Shown here: positions 49,618 through 57,960 of the stretch, one piece after another | How positions within the stretch are numbered: the first letter of the stretch is position 1 | Layout of the letters: the number at the start of each line of letters is the position of its first letter | Assembly: GCA_963782055.1 (NCBI GenBank) | Contig: CAWAIF010000003.1 | Span: 5,856,001-5,920,000, forward strand | Source: an uncultured delta proteobacterium | Lineage (GTDB): Bacteria; Myxococcota_A; Polyangia; Polyangiales; Polyangiaceae | Direction: 5' to 3' | DNA length: 64,000 bases | Made by a program: the position numbers and the translations under genes | The notes under the pieces: generated by a model | The model's database searches: none | Seen by the model: only the letters and a program-made list of their open reading frames with translations | What the model was told of the DNA's origin: nothing

Positions 49618-50402
49618 ATGGCCGTCCTGCGCTTCGCCCTGGCAATCCCGCCCCCCACCGGGGACCGAGGTTTCGCCCGGCTGCGCGCCGTGCTGGTCGG
49701 GGCGGGGCTGGAGGACGTGGAGCCGGTCTTCGTGTCGAGCTACGGCGCGCTCTACGACGCGGTCCACCTGCACGAGGCGGACGCGGCCTGGTGCCCGCCG
49801 CTCGTCGCCCGGGACCTGCAGCGGGTGGCCGCCGCCGACCCCGTGGCGACGGTGCTGCGCGGGGGCGCCGACCACTACCACTCCGCCTTCCTGGCCGGGC
49901 CGGCCTTCACCGGGGCGCTGGCAGACCTGGGGACCACGCGCGCCGGGTGGGTCTCGCGGCTGAGCGCGGCGGGCTCATCGTGCCGCGCAGCCACCTGCGG
50001 GCGAAGGGGGTCGAGCTCGCCTTCCGCGAGGAGCGCTTCTTCGACACGCACATCCGTTCGCTGGCGGCGCTGGCGGCCGGGGCGGTGGACTTCGTCGCGA
50101 CCCACGCGCTGCCCGCGGCGGACGGCACGATGACGGTGCGCGAGGGGTGCGAGGGCTCGCGGGTCGTGGACACCGTCGGTCCCATCCCGGGCGACGTGGT
50201 GGTGGTCGCGCGCGGCGTACCCGCCGCCACGGCCCGCACGGTGGGCACCACGCTCCGGGAGGTCACGCTCGGGCCGGACAATCCGCTCGCCGACCTCATC
50301 GGCGCGTCCGGGTTCGGCACCGTCCCGCCCGGTCACCTGGAGTCCCTCGCCCGGTGGATCGACGAGCCCCTCTTCGGCCGCTCGCGCCCACTCCCGAGCT
50401 GA
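49618..50402 (+). pseudogene. PhnD/SsuA-like substrate-binding-fold protein interrupted by a one-base deletion near 49975
   Basis: The first frame gives SYGAL..DAAWCPP..YHSAFL..GWVSRLSAAG and another frame continues IVPRSHL..H..GAVDFVAT..GPIPGDVVV. One extra base at 49975/49976 restores G-[YF]-IVP. Confidence 0.7.
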
Positions 50403-50432
50403 CCGCTTCTTCTTCTGGGCCGGGGTTGAGGC

Positions 50433-51008
50433 TCAGTTCGGCTTCTTCTTGCCGAGCGGCACCAGCGGCTCGCCGTCGTGGTCGTGATCGCAGTCGGGGC
50501 CGTGGACGTGCTCGCTCGCCTCGTCGAAGCCGGACGCCGCGGCGGCGACCTCCTCCGGCGTGGCGGCGCGCACCTCGCTCACCTTGACGTGGTAGCGGAG
50601 CGTCAGACCGGCCAGTGGGTGGTTGGCGTCCACCACGACGGTGTCCTTCTTCACCTCGACCACGCGCAGCAGGGCCTCGTCGCCGTCGGGCGCCTGCGCG
50701 ATGAGCTCATCGCCCTCTTCCACCGCCGTCGGGTCGGGGAGCTCGGTGCGGTCGATCTCCATGACCAGCTCTTCGTCGTAATCGCCGTACGCCTCCTCCG
50801 CGGGGACGACGATGTCGCGCTCCTCGCCGGGGGCGAGCCCCGCGAGTCCCGTCTCCAGCCCGGGCACGAGCATGCCGTAGCCGTGGACGTAGCGGATGGG
50901 CTCGCCGTCCTCGGCGGCGCTGTCGTCGAGGAGCTCACCTTCCTCGTCGCGGAGGACGTAGTCGATGACGGCGAAGGTGTTGGGGGCGATGACGATGGTC
51001 TGGGTCAC
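50433..51008 (-). CDS. slyD: SlyD-like FKBP peptidyl-prolyl isomerase with short His/Cys tail
   Basis: IDYVLRDEEGELLD, YVHG..LVPGLE, PAEEAYG, VDANHPLAGLTL, RAATPEE, HVHGPDCDHDH. Alternative ATG at 51035. Confidence 0.9.
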   Translation of the reverse strand: MTQTIVIAPNTFAVIDYVLRDEEGELLDDSAAEDGEPIRYVHGYGMLVPGLETGLAGLAPGEERDIVVPAEEAYGDYDEELVMEIDRTELPDPTAVEEGDELIAQAPDGDEALLRVVEVKKDTVVVDANHPLAGLTLRYHVKVSEVRAATPEEVAAAASGFDEASEHVHGPDCDHDHDGEPLVPLGKKKPN

Positions 51009-51061
51009 GGTGGCCTCGCGCGCGTCCTTTAGCATGGATCGGGTGGTGGGCTGGCGCGGGG

Positions 51062-53032
51062 CTACAGCTCCTCGGGCACCGCAATCTGGCCGGCGATGGC
51101 GCTCGCCGCGACGACCAGCGGGCTCGCGAGGTAGACCTTCCCGGGGCCGCTGCGCCCAGGGTAGTTGCGGTTGATGGCGCTCACGGTGACCTGGTCGGGG
51201 GAGTCGCTCACCCCCGGGCCCGCCTTGATGCACGCGCCGCAGGAGGGGTCCACCGTCTCGGCGCCGGCGTCACGGAAGACCTCCAGGTAGCCCTTCTTCT
51301 CCGCGTAGCGGCGGATGTCCTGCGAGCCGAACTGGATGTACAGGTGCACGCCGGGCGCGACGCGCTTGCCCTTGGCGAGCGCGTCCTTGAGGACGGAGGC
51401 GTACATGTCCATGTCCGCCTTCTTGCCGCCGGTGCACGAGCCGCCGTAGGCGATGTCGATCTTCACGTTGCTCTGCTTGCGGAGCTCGGCCAGGGGCACG
51501 CCGTTGCGCGGGTCGCCGGGGGTGGCCACCATCGGCACCACCGCGCCGAGATCCACCTGGAAGGTGGCGGCGTAGGTCGCGCCAGGGTCCGCGCGCACGA
51601 TGCGGCGGCGCACCTCCTCGGCGGGCAGGCCGCGCTGCGCGACGAGGTAGTCGACGACGACCTCGTCCGCCTCGATGATGCCGGTGAAGCCGCCGGCCTC
51701 GACGGACATGTTGGTGAGGGTGGCGCGCTCGTCGAGCGGCAGGTGCGCGACGCCCTCGCCGGCGAACTCCAGCACCTTGCCGATGCCCTGCCCCGTCTTG
51801 AAGAAGGGCAAGGACAGGATGTGGAGCATCACGTCCTTGGCGCAGACGCCCGGGCGGAGCTTACCGGTGAGCTCGAAGCGCACCGTCTCGGGCACGGTGA
51901 CGCGCACGTCCCTGGTGAACCAGGCGTTGGCCATGTCGGTGGAGCCGACGCCGAAGGCGAAGCAGCCGAGGGCGCCGGCCATGCAGGTGTGCGAGTCGGT
52001 GCCGCAGACGAGCTGACCGGGGAGCGCCAGCTCCTCGATCACCTTGTTGTGGCAGATGGCCTCGCTGCCGACGAGCTTGCCCTCGCGCTTGACCTCTCCG
52101 TAGAGCTTGATGCCGTGCTTCTTCGTGAAGCCCTCCTGCACCACCGCGAGCTTCTCCGCCGTCTCCTTCAGGCCCATCTCGCGGTGCGCCTTGGGCATCA
52201 CCAGGTCGAGGAAGGTGAGGTGATCGCGGAAGGCCCAGACGCTCGACGGGTCGTTGATCTCGGCGTCGTCGCCCAGGTACGACCGGAAGAGGGAGTCGGC
52301 CATGGGGGTGACGTACTCGTGGGAGAAGCGCACGTCGGTGCGGGCGAAGAAGGCGTCGCCCGGCTTGACCGCCGCCGCGCCGAGCGCGCCGGTCTTCGCG
52401 TCGGCGATCACGTGCGCGGCGAGGATCTTCTCGCAGAGGGTCATGGGCCGCGCGGGGGTGGTCACCGGCGGAGGCGAGACCTTGCCGCCCATGCGCGCGC
52501 GGTTGTACGCGAAGAGGCCGCCGTGCTCGACGATGGCGGCGCTGATGGGGTCCAGCCCCTTGGTGAACTCGGCGATGGGGATCTCCTCGCCGCGCTCGAT
52601 GCGCTCGATCAGGCCGAAGTCGGTGCTGGTGAGCAGGCCGATGTTCTGCGCGTTCTGCCGGTAGATCTTCTCGATGTTCTTGGCGATGACGACCTTGATG
52701 CCCGCCTTGAGCTCGCTGTAGGGCGCCGTCTCGCGGCTGGAGCCGCAGCCCTTGGAGATGCCGCTGACGATGACGCCGAAGCTGCCATCCTTGATGGCGT
52801 CCTTCTTCACCTTGCCGCCGCGCAGGCCGATGAGGCAGTACCGGGCGAGGGTCTCGTCGTAGTAGTAGCAAACCCACCCGGGCGTGATCTCGTCGGTGGA
52901 GATGTTGCCGATGAGGGCGCGGTCGGGGTCGTAGGCGAGCGCCTTCCCGCCGAGCTGCGCTTCGAGTAACTCGGGGTCTTCCGTCAGGTACAGAACGCGG
53001 CCGTCGACCTTCACTCGACCAGAAAAACCCAT
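51062..53032 (-). CDS. Aconitase-family hydro-lyase: N-terminal LeuD-like swivel fused to LeuC-like Fe-S domains
   Basis: NISTDEITP and GCGSSRE (swivel), then MTLCEKIL, DHL, GTDSHT, GGSCTGG, SCGAC, NRNYPGR, YLASP. Confidence 0.9.
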   Translation of the reverse strand: MGFSGRVKVDGRVLYLTEDPELLEAQLGGKALAYDPDRALIGNISTDEITPGWVCYYYDETLARYCLIGLRGGKVKKDAIKDGSFGVIVSGISKGCGSSRETAPYSELKAGIKVVIAKNIEKIYRQNAQNIGLLTSTDFGLIERIERGEEIPIAEFTKGLDPISAAIVEHGGLFAYNRARMGGKVSPPPVTTPARPMTLCEKILAAHVIADAKTGALGAAAVKPGDAFFARTDVRFSHEYVTPMADSLFRSYLGDDAEINDPSSVWAFRDHLTFLDLVMPKAHREMGLKETAEKLAVVQEGFTKKHGIKLYGEVKREGKLVGSEAICHNKVIEELALPGQLVCGTDSHTCMAGALGCFAFGVGSTDMANAWFTRDVRVTVPETVRFELTGKLRPGVCAKDVMLHILSLPFFKTGQGIGKVLEFAGEGVAHLPLDERATLTNMSVEAGGFTGIIEADEVVVDYLVAQRGLPAEEVRRRIVRADPGATYAATFQVDLGAVVPMVATPGDPRNGVPLAELRKQSNVKIDIAYGGSCTGGKKADMDMYASVLKDALAKGKRVAPGVHLYIQFGSQDIRRYAEKKGYLEVFRDAGAETVDPSCGACIKAGPGVSDSPDQVTVSAINRNYPGRSGPGKVYLASPLVVAASAIAGQIAVPEEL

Positions 53033-54017
53033 GCGGGATCCTTACCAGTCCGGGGAGTCCGTCGCTAGACGTGAGCGCGTCGCGGTGGTGACGACGAGCT
53101 ACCCGGCCGAGCTGGCGGACCCCTCCGGCCACTTCGTCAGGGCCGAGGCGCTGCGGCTGGCGGCGCGCGGCGCGCGCGTCAGCGTGTTCGCGCCGGCGGT
53201 GCGGAGTGGAGGGCGCGCAGCGGTGGCGGCATTTTTTGACGGTATCGATCGCGTGCCCATTCCCGGGGGTGACGCGTTCGGCTGGCCGGGGGTGGCCGCG
53301 CGCCTTCGCGAGGCGCCGCTGCGCGTGCTCGGCGCGCTCCGCTGGACGCGCGCTGCGGAAGACGCGCTGCGTCACGCGGGCCCGTTCGATCGCGTCATCG
53401 CGCACTGGGCGGTGCCGAGCGCGTGGCCCGTGGCGAGGCGGGCACCCGGCACGCTGGAGGTGCTCTCGCACGGCGGGGACGTGCGGCTGCTCGTGGCGCT
53501 GCCCACCGCGGCGCGGGAGCGGATGGTGGCCGCCATCACCGCGCGCTGCGCCTCGTGGCGCTTCGTGTCGGAGCCGCTGCTGAGCTCCCTGCTCGGCGCG
53601 CTGCCGCGTCCGCTGGCGGCGCGGGTGGAGGGCGTGGCGCGGGTCGAGGCGTGTCGCATCGACGTGCCCGACGTGCGCGAGCCGGCGCGGGCGCTGCGCG
53701 CGTCACTCGGGCGCTTCGGCGTGTCGGTCGCGCGGCTGGTGCCGAGCAAGGGGGTGGACCGGGTGATAGCGCACGTGGCGCGTCACGACGGCGGGCGGCT
53801 ACTCGTGGTGGTGGGCGATGGCACGGAGCGCCGGAGCCTGGAGCGGCTGGCCGCGCGCCACCGGGTGCGCGCGCGCTTCGTCGGGACGCGGCCGCGCGAG
53901 GATGCGCTGGCTTACCTCGCGGCGTCGGAGGAGCTCCTGTTCGCCTCGCAGGTGGAGGGGTGCTCAACCGTGCTGCGCGAAGCGGCGGCGCTGGGCGTCA
54001 GGGTCCGGCGGGTCTGA
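53031..54017 (+). CDS. Glycosyltransferase family 4 (GT-B)
   Basis: VVTTSYP..SGHFV, AHWAVP, HGGDV, VARLVPSKG, VVGDGTER, EGCSTVLREA. Confidence 0.8.
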   Translation: MRDPYQSGESVARRERVAVVTTSYPAELADPSGHFVRAEALRLAARGARVSVFAPAVRSGGRAAVAAFFDGIDRVPIPGGDAFGWPGVAARLREAPLRVLGALRWTRAAEDALRHAGPFDRVIAHWAVPSAWPVARRAPGTLEVLSHGGDVRLLVALPTAARERMVAAITARCASWRFVSEPLLSSLLGALPRPLAARVEGVARVEACRIDVPDVREPARALRASLGRFGVSVARLVPSKGVDRVIAHVARHDGGRLLVVVGDGTERRSLERLAARHRVRARFVGTRPREDALAYLAASEELLFASQVEGCSTVLREAAALGVRVRRV

Positions 54018-54079
54018 GGACGGGGCCGTCCTCGGCAGGATGGCCGGCAGCCCGGCGCCCCGCCGACCGCCGCCCCACC

Positions 54080-54146
54080 TGTCCCCGGCGCCCCGCCGCC
54101 CCGGCGACCCAGCTGTCCCCGGCCACCCCTTTTCTGTCCGGGGACA
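54080..54146. repeat. Three copies of TGTCCCCGG (two direct, one inverted) upstream of the MarR gene
   Basis: Copies at 54080-54088 (+), 54114-54122 (+) and 54138-54146 (reverse complement, CCGGGGACA). Confidence 0.7.
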
Positions 54147-54238
54147 CCCGGGGATCGTTCGCCGGCAAACGAGCGCCCTGTTTTCTGGGGAGCGCGTGGG
54201 AGGGGGGGGTGGCATGGGGGGTGCTGAGGAGTGGAGGC

Positions 54239-54850
54239 ATGACACCGCTCTTCTTCGGGACCAAGCGCGCGTACTACGCGACGCTGCGTGTGACGCGCCG
54301 GCTTCTCGCTCGCTTCGGGCTCACACCGGCGCGCTTCGACCTGCTGTACGCCCTGTTTCGCGTGCCGCACCACTTCTGTTACCAGAGCGATCTGCGCAAG
54401 GCGCTGGGGGTGGCGCGGTCGACCATCAGCAAGATGGTGACGTCACTCCAGGGCATCGGCCTGGTGGAGCGGCTGCCGCCGCTCGAGGACATGCGCCAGG
54501 TGGACGTGCAGCTCACGCCGGAGGGGCGCCGCCGCGTCTCGCGAGCCTTTCGCAGCCTGGTGCGCACGGGGCTCATCGATCTGACGACGGACTCCGCGCT
54601 CACGCCGGACCCGCACCACTGGCCCCACCCCAAGGCGTGCAGCCGCGCCCGACGGTGGCTGTCACGGCTGCACAGCCGGCTGCGCAACACCTTCGGCGAC
54701 TTCGCGACGCTGCACGCCGCGGAGGGCGATCCGTACGAGTCGGGGTGGACCTGGCTCGACCTGGTGGACAGGGTCGCGGCGAACAGGCGCATCGAGCGGC
54801 GCCGGGCGTCCGGCGACCCGTTCGAGTGGCCCGCACCGATGATCGAGTGA
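54239..54850 (+). CDS. MarR-family winged-helix regulator
   Basis: RBS GGAGG; FGLTPARFDLLYAL, QSDLRKALGVARSTISKMVTSL..GLVER, DMRQVDVQLTPEG. Confidence 0.8.
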   Translation: MTPLFFGTKRAYYATLRVTRRLLARFGLTPARFDLLYALFRVPHHFCYQSDLRKALGVARSTISKMVTSLQGIGLVERLPPLEDMRQVDVQLTPEGRRRVSRAFRSLVRTGLIDLTTDSALTPDPHHWPHPKACSRARRWLSRLHSRLRNTFGDFATLHAAEGDPYESGWTWLDLVDRVAANRRIERRRASGDPFEWPAPMIE

Positions 54851-54901
54851 CGTCTCCTTCCACGCAGGAGTCCCCACGCGCGATCCTCGCGAGGGCGTGC
54901 G

Positions 54902-55327
54902 TCAGTCCAGCTGGCCGAGAGCGAGCTGCGCGAGCGCGGCGCGCACGGCGTTGCGCGCGTGGCGCTCTTTCCGGACCTCCGCCTGCTCCAGTGTGGCGCC
55001 GGGGCCGATGATGCCCAGGCCGACCGGCTTGTTGTTCTGGAGGGCGAGCTCGACCAGCGCACGGTGGACCACGTGGCCCATCACCTCGCCGTGGAGGGTC
55101 TCGCCGCGCTCGATGAAGCCGAGCGCGATCACCGCGTCGACGTCCACGCGCTTGAGGGCGCGCGCGACCGGGAGCGGGAAATCGTAGGTGCCGGGGACGC
55201 GCACACGCAGGGTGATGGACGCGCCCGCGGACGCCGCCTCCTCCTCCGCGGTGGCGGCCATGGCATCGACGATGGCGCGGTTGAACTCGGCGGCGACGAG
55301 GGCGAGCCTGAGAGACTTGGGGGACAT
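54902..55327 (-). CDS. ribH: 6,7-dimethyl-8-ribityllumazine synthase
   Basis: LALVAAEFN, VPGTYDFP, DAVIALG.IERGETLH, KPVGLGIIGPG. Confidence 0.85.
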   Translation of the reverse strand: MSPKSLRLALVAAEFNRAIVDAMAATAEEEAASAGASITLRVRVPGTYDFPLPVARALKRVDVDAVIALGFIERGETLHGEVMGHVVHRALVELALQNNKPVGLGIIGPGATLEQAEVRKERHARNAVRAALAQLALGQLD

Positions 55328-55341
55328 GGTCGGAACGCCTA

Positions 55342-56379
55342 TCAGAAGGCGGCGCGGAGCGCGATGCCCCCGCCTGCGGGGCCGACCACCGGCGTGACGT
55401 GCGCCGCCACCGCCGCCGCCTTCTTCGGCGCGGTCAAGACGAGGATGACGCCGGTCACCACCGCCGCCGCGCCCACGCCGATGCCGATGTCGCTCAGCCA
55501 GGCGAGGGTCTTGGCCTCCTCGTTGAGGTCCACGCCCTTCTGGGTGCACTGGTCGTTCGGGCAGTTGGCGTTGCTCTGGCTGCGGCGGTCGATGGCCAGG
55601 CCGCCCATCGCACCGCCGGCGATCACGAACGCCGCGCCCACGCCGCCCACCACCCAGCCCATGGTTGCGCGCGACGACGACGACGGCCGCGCGGCGTGCC
55701 CACCCGGCCGCGACGCCACCGGCGCGTCGGCGAGCGGCGGGACGGCCGCGCGGACCGTCATCCCGGACGACACGTGGACGGTGCGCTTCCACTCCACCTT
55801 GCCCGGTGCGGTGGCGAAGATCTCGTGGTCGCCCTTGTCGATGGGCGTGAGCACCCCCCACGCCGCCTGCCGCAGCGGCGTGCCGTCGATGCGCACGTCG
55901 ATGCCGGGGGTGCGCGCGGCCTCCGGCGACACAACGACCGTGATCTTGGCGAGGCTGCCCTCGATGACGCCGATGCGCTGGCGCGCCGTCGCCTCGCGGT
56001 CCTTGCGGCCGTCCTTGATCGCCTGGCTGAGCGCCTCGTTGTACGCCTCCCACGCGGAGGCGAGCTTGCCCTCCTTCTCGCGACAGAGGCCCAGGTTGAG
56101 CAAGGTCCCGCCGCCCGGGTCGAGCCGCTGGCTCTCGGCGAGCTTCGGGCACGCCTCCGAGAACTTGCCCTGCTCCATGAGCTTCACCGCCTGATCGAAC
56201 AGGGACTGCGCGAGGGTCTGGTCGGCGGGCGAGGGTCCGGCGGTGTGCTCCTCGGCGGACGACGGCGTGGCCGAGTCCTGCGCGCGCGCCGGGGCGCTGG
56301 CGACACCCACCGCCACCGCGATGGCCGCGGCGGCCCCTCCGCGCAATATACGTGCAAGATGCATGTTATTTGCGATCAT
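55342..56379 (-). CDS. Exported TPR + PEGA-like protein with C-terminal hydrophobic hairpin
   Basis: Signal peptide (ARA-Q); AQSLFDQA..ACPKLAESQRLDPGGGTLLNLGLC; VRIDG..GDHEIFATAPG; two hydrophobic segments around CPNDQC; terminal AAF. Alternative ATG at 56364. Confidence 0.8.
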   Translation of the reverse strand: MIANNMHLARILRGGAAAAIAVAVGVASAPARAQDSATPSSAEEHTAGPSPADQTLAQSLFDQAVKLMEQGKFSEACPKLAESQRLDPGGGTLLNLGLCREKEGKLASAWEAYNEALSQAIKDGRKDREATARQRIGVIEGSLAKITVVVSPEAARTPGIDVRIDGTPLRQAAWGVLTPIDKGDHEIFATAPGKVEWKRTVHVSSGMTVRAAVPPLADAPVASRPGGHAARPSSSSRATMGWVVGGVGAAFVIAGGAMGGLAIDRRSQSNANCPNDQCTQKGVDLNEEAKTLAWLSDIGIGVGAAAVVTGVILVLTAPKKAAAVAAHVTPVVGPAGGGIALRAAF

Positions 56380-57850
56380 GCGAGATGCCGTTGATGAGCG
56401 ACGGCGTCGGGGCGGCGGTGGCGGTGGTGGTCGCCTTGGAGGTGGAGGTCGGCTTGGCCGCGGTCGAGGCCGTCCCGACGTGGTGCCACGCGTGGTGGCG
56501 CGGAGGCTTGCGGTGGGCGGGCGCCGGCGCGCTGGCCGTCGCGACGACCGAGGCGCTCGGTGGCGTCGTCGCGGTGGGGGGGGCGGTGGCGGTGACCGGC
56601 GGCGGCGCCGGCGTCAGGACCGCGCTGGGCGCGCCGGCGGCCGCGGGCGCGACGGGCGGGTGGCGGCGCAGCAGCACGGCGCCGGCGGCGGCGATGCCCA
56701 CGCACGCGACCACCGCCGCGGCGATCGGCAGCACGCGGCTGCGCTTCGGCGACGCGGCGGCGTCGAAGCCGGTGGTCGAGTCCACCGGGCCGAGCGTCTC
56801 GGCGCCCGGCGGCATGATGCGGCTCAGCGACGGGGCGGAGGGCACCGCGAGGGGCGGCGCGGTGGTGCCGAGAATGAGGCGCTGGATGCGCTCCACGCGA
56901 TGGCGCGCGGCGGGGGCGAAGGGCTCCAGATCGGCCGCGAGCTCGGCGACCGTCTGGTAACGCTCGGCGGGGTTCTTCGCCAGACACTTGACGATGACGC
57001 CCTCCAGCTCGGCGGGGGCGCTGGCCAGGTGCATGCCGAGCCGACGCGGCGACTCGGTGGCGATGACGACGGCCAGGCCCGCCATGCTCTCCGCCTCGAA
57101 GGGCATCCTCCGGGTGAGCAGCTCGTAGAGCACCACGCCGAGCGACCAGACGTCGCTCCGCTCGTCGGCCTTCGTCGCGCTCTGCATCTGCTCCGGCGAC
57201 ATGTAGAGGGGCGAGCCGAAGACGGCGTCCGTCGTGGTGACCGTCCCGGCGGTCCGCACGTCTTCCGACAGCGCCTTGGAGACGCCGAAGTCGAGGACCT
57301 TGATGACGGTCGACCCGTCGGTGTGCTGGGCGCGAAAGAGGTTCCCTGGCTTCAGATCCCGGTGGACGATCCGCGCGGCGTGCGCCTCCGCGATGCCCTC
57401 CATCGCCTCGAGCAGGTAGGAGACGGCCACCTCGACGGGCAGCGCGCCCTCGCGATCGAGGACCTGGGCGAGATCCGCGCCCTCCAGCAGCTCCATCACC
57501 ATGAAGGGCTCGCCCGACTCGAGCTGGCCCACGTCCGAGACGCGCACGATGTGATCGCTCCGGAGCTGCGCGGAGGCCTTCGCCTCGGTGAGGAAGCGCA
57601 GCGCGGCCTGCTTGGAGTCGTGGTGCAGCAGCTTGATGGCGACGCGCTGGCCGAGCTGCATGTGGCGCGCCGACAGGACGATGCCCATGCCGCCCACCGC
57701 GATCACCTGCTCGACCCGGTAGCGGCCGGCGATGACGTCGCCTTCCTTGACGCCGGCCGCGACGCCCCGGGCCGACACGGGGCCGCCGCTCGCCGGCGCC
57801 TCCCCGCCGCTCGGGGAGGCCAGCCCGCCTGGCCGGGGAGCGTTCGTCAC
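56366..57850 (-). CDS. Membrane Ser/Thr protein kinase (Hanks type)
   Basis: GGMGIV, VAIK, HRDLKPGN, DFG, GSPLYMSPEQ; one TM segment; Pro/Thr-rich tail. Start uncertain. Confidence 0.92.
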   Translation of the reverse strand: MTNAPRPGGLASPSGGEAPASGGPVSARGVAAGVKEGDVIAGRYRVEQVIAVGGMGIVLSARHMQLGQRVAIKLLHHDSKQAALRFLTEAKASAQLRSDHIVRVSDVGQLESGEPFMVMELLEGADLAQVLDREGALPVEVAVSYLLEAMEGIAEAHAARIVHRDLKPGNLFRAQHTDGSTVIKVLDFGVSKALSEDVRTAGTVTTTDAVFGSPLYMSPEQMQSATKADERSDVWSLGVVLYELLTRRMPFEAESMAGLAVVIATESPRRLGMHLASAPAELEGVIVKCLAKNPAERYQTVAELAADLEPFAPAARHRVERIQRLILGTTAPPLAVPSAPSLSRIMPPGAETLGPVDSTTGFDAAASPKRSRVLPIAAAVVACVGIAAAGAVLLRRHPPVAPAAAGAPSAVLTPAPPPVTATAPPTATTPPSASVVATASAPAPAHRKPPRHHAWHHVGTASTAAKPTSTSKATTTATAAPTPSLINGISHDRK

Positions 57851-57960
57851 CGCTCGCCTCGCGATCGCAATGCGCGCGTCATGCCACTCGCAGAGTACGA
57901 GGGCGCGCCTCGCCCCGCAACTCGGCGGCGAATTGGTGTAGGATGAACACACCGATCGGC

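Noticed and set aside
22667..55327. Functional link between the scattered rib genes and the DUF3570 operon through flavinylation
   Set aside because: No apbE or FMN-binding-motif protein was recognised in the window and the genes are tens of kb apart, so proximity may be coincidental.
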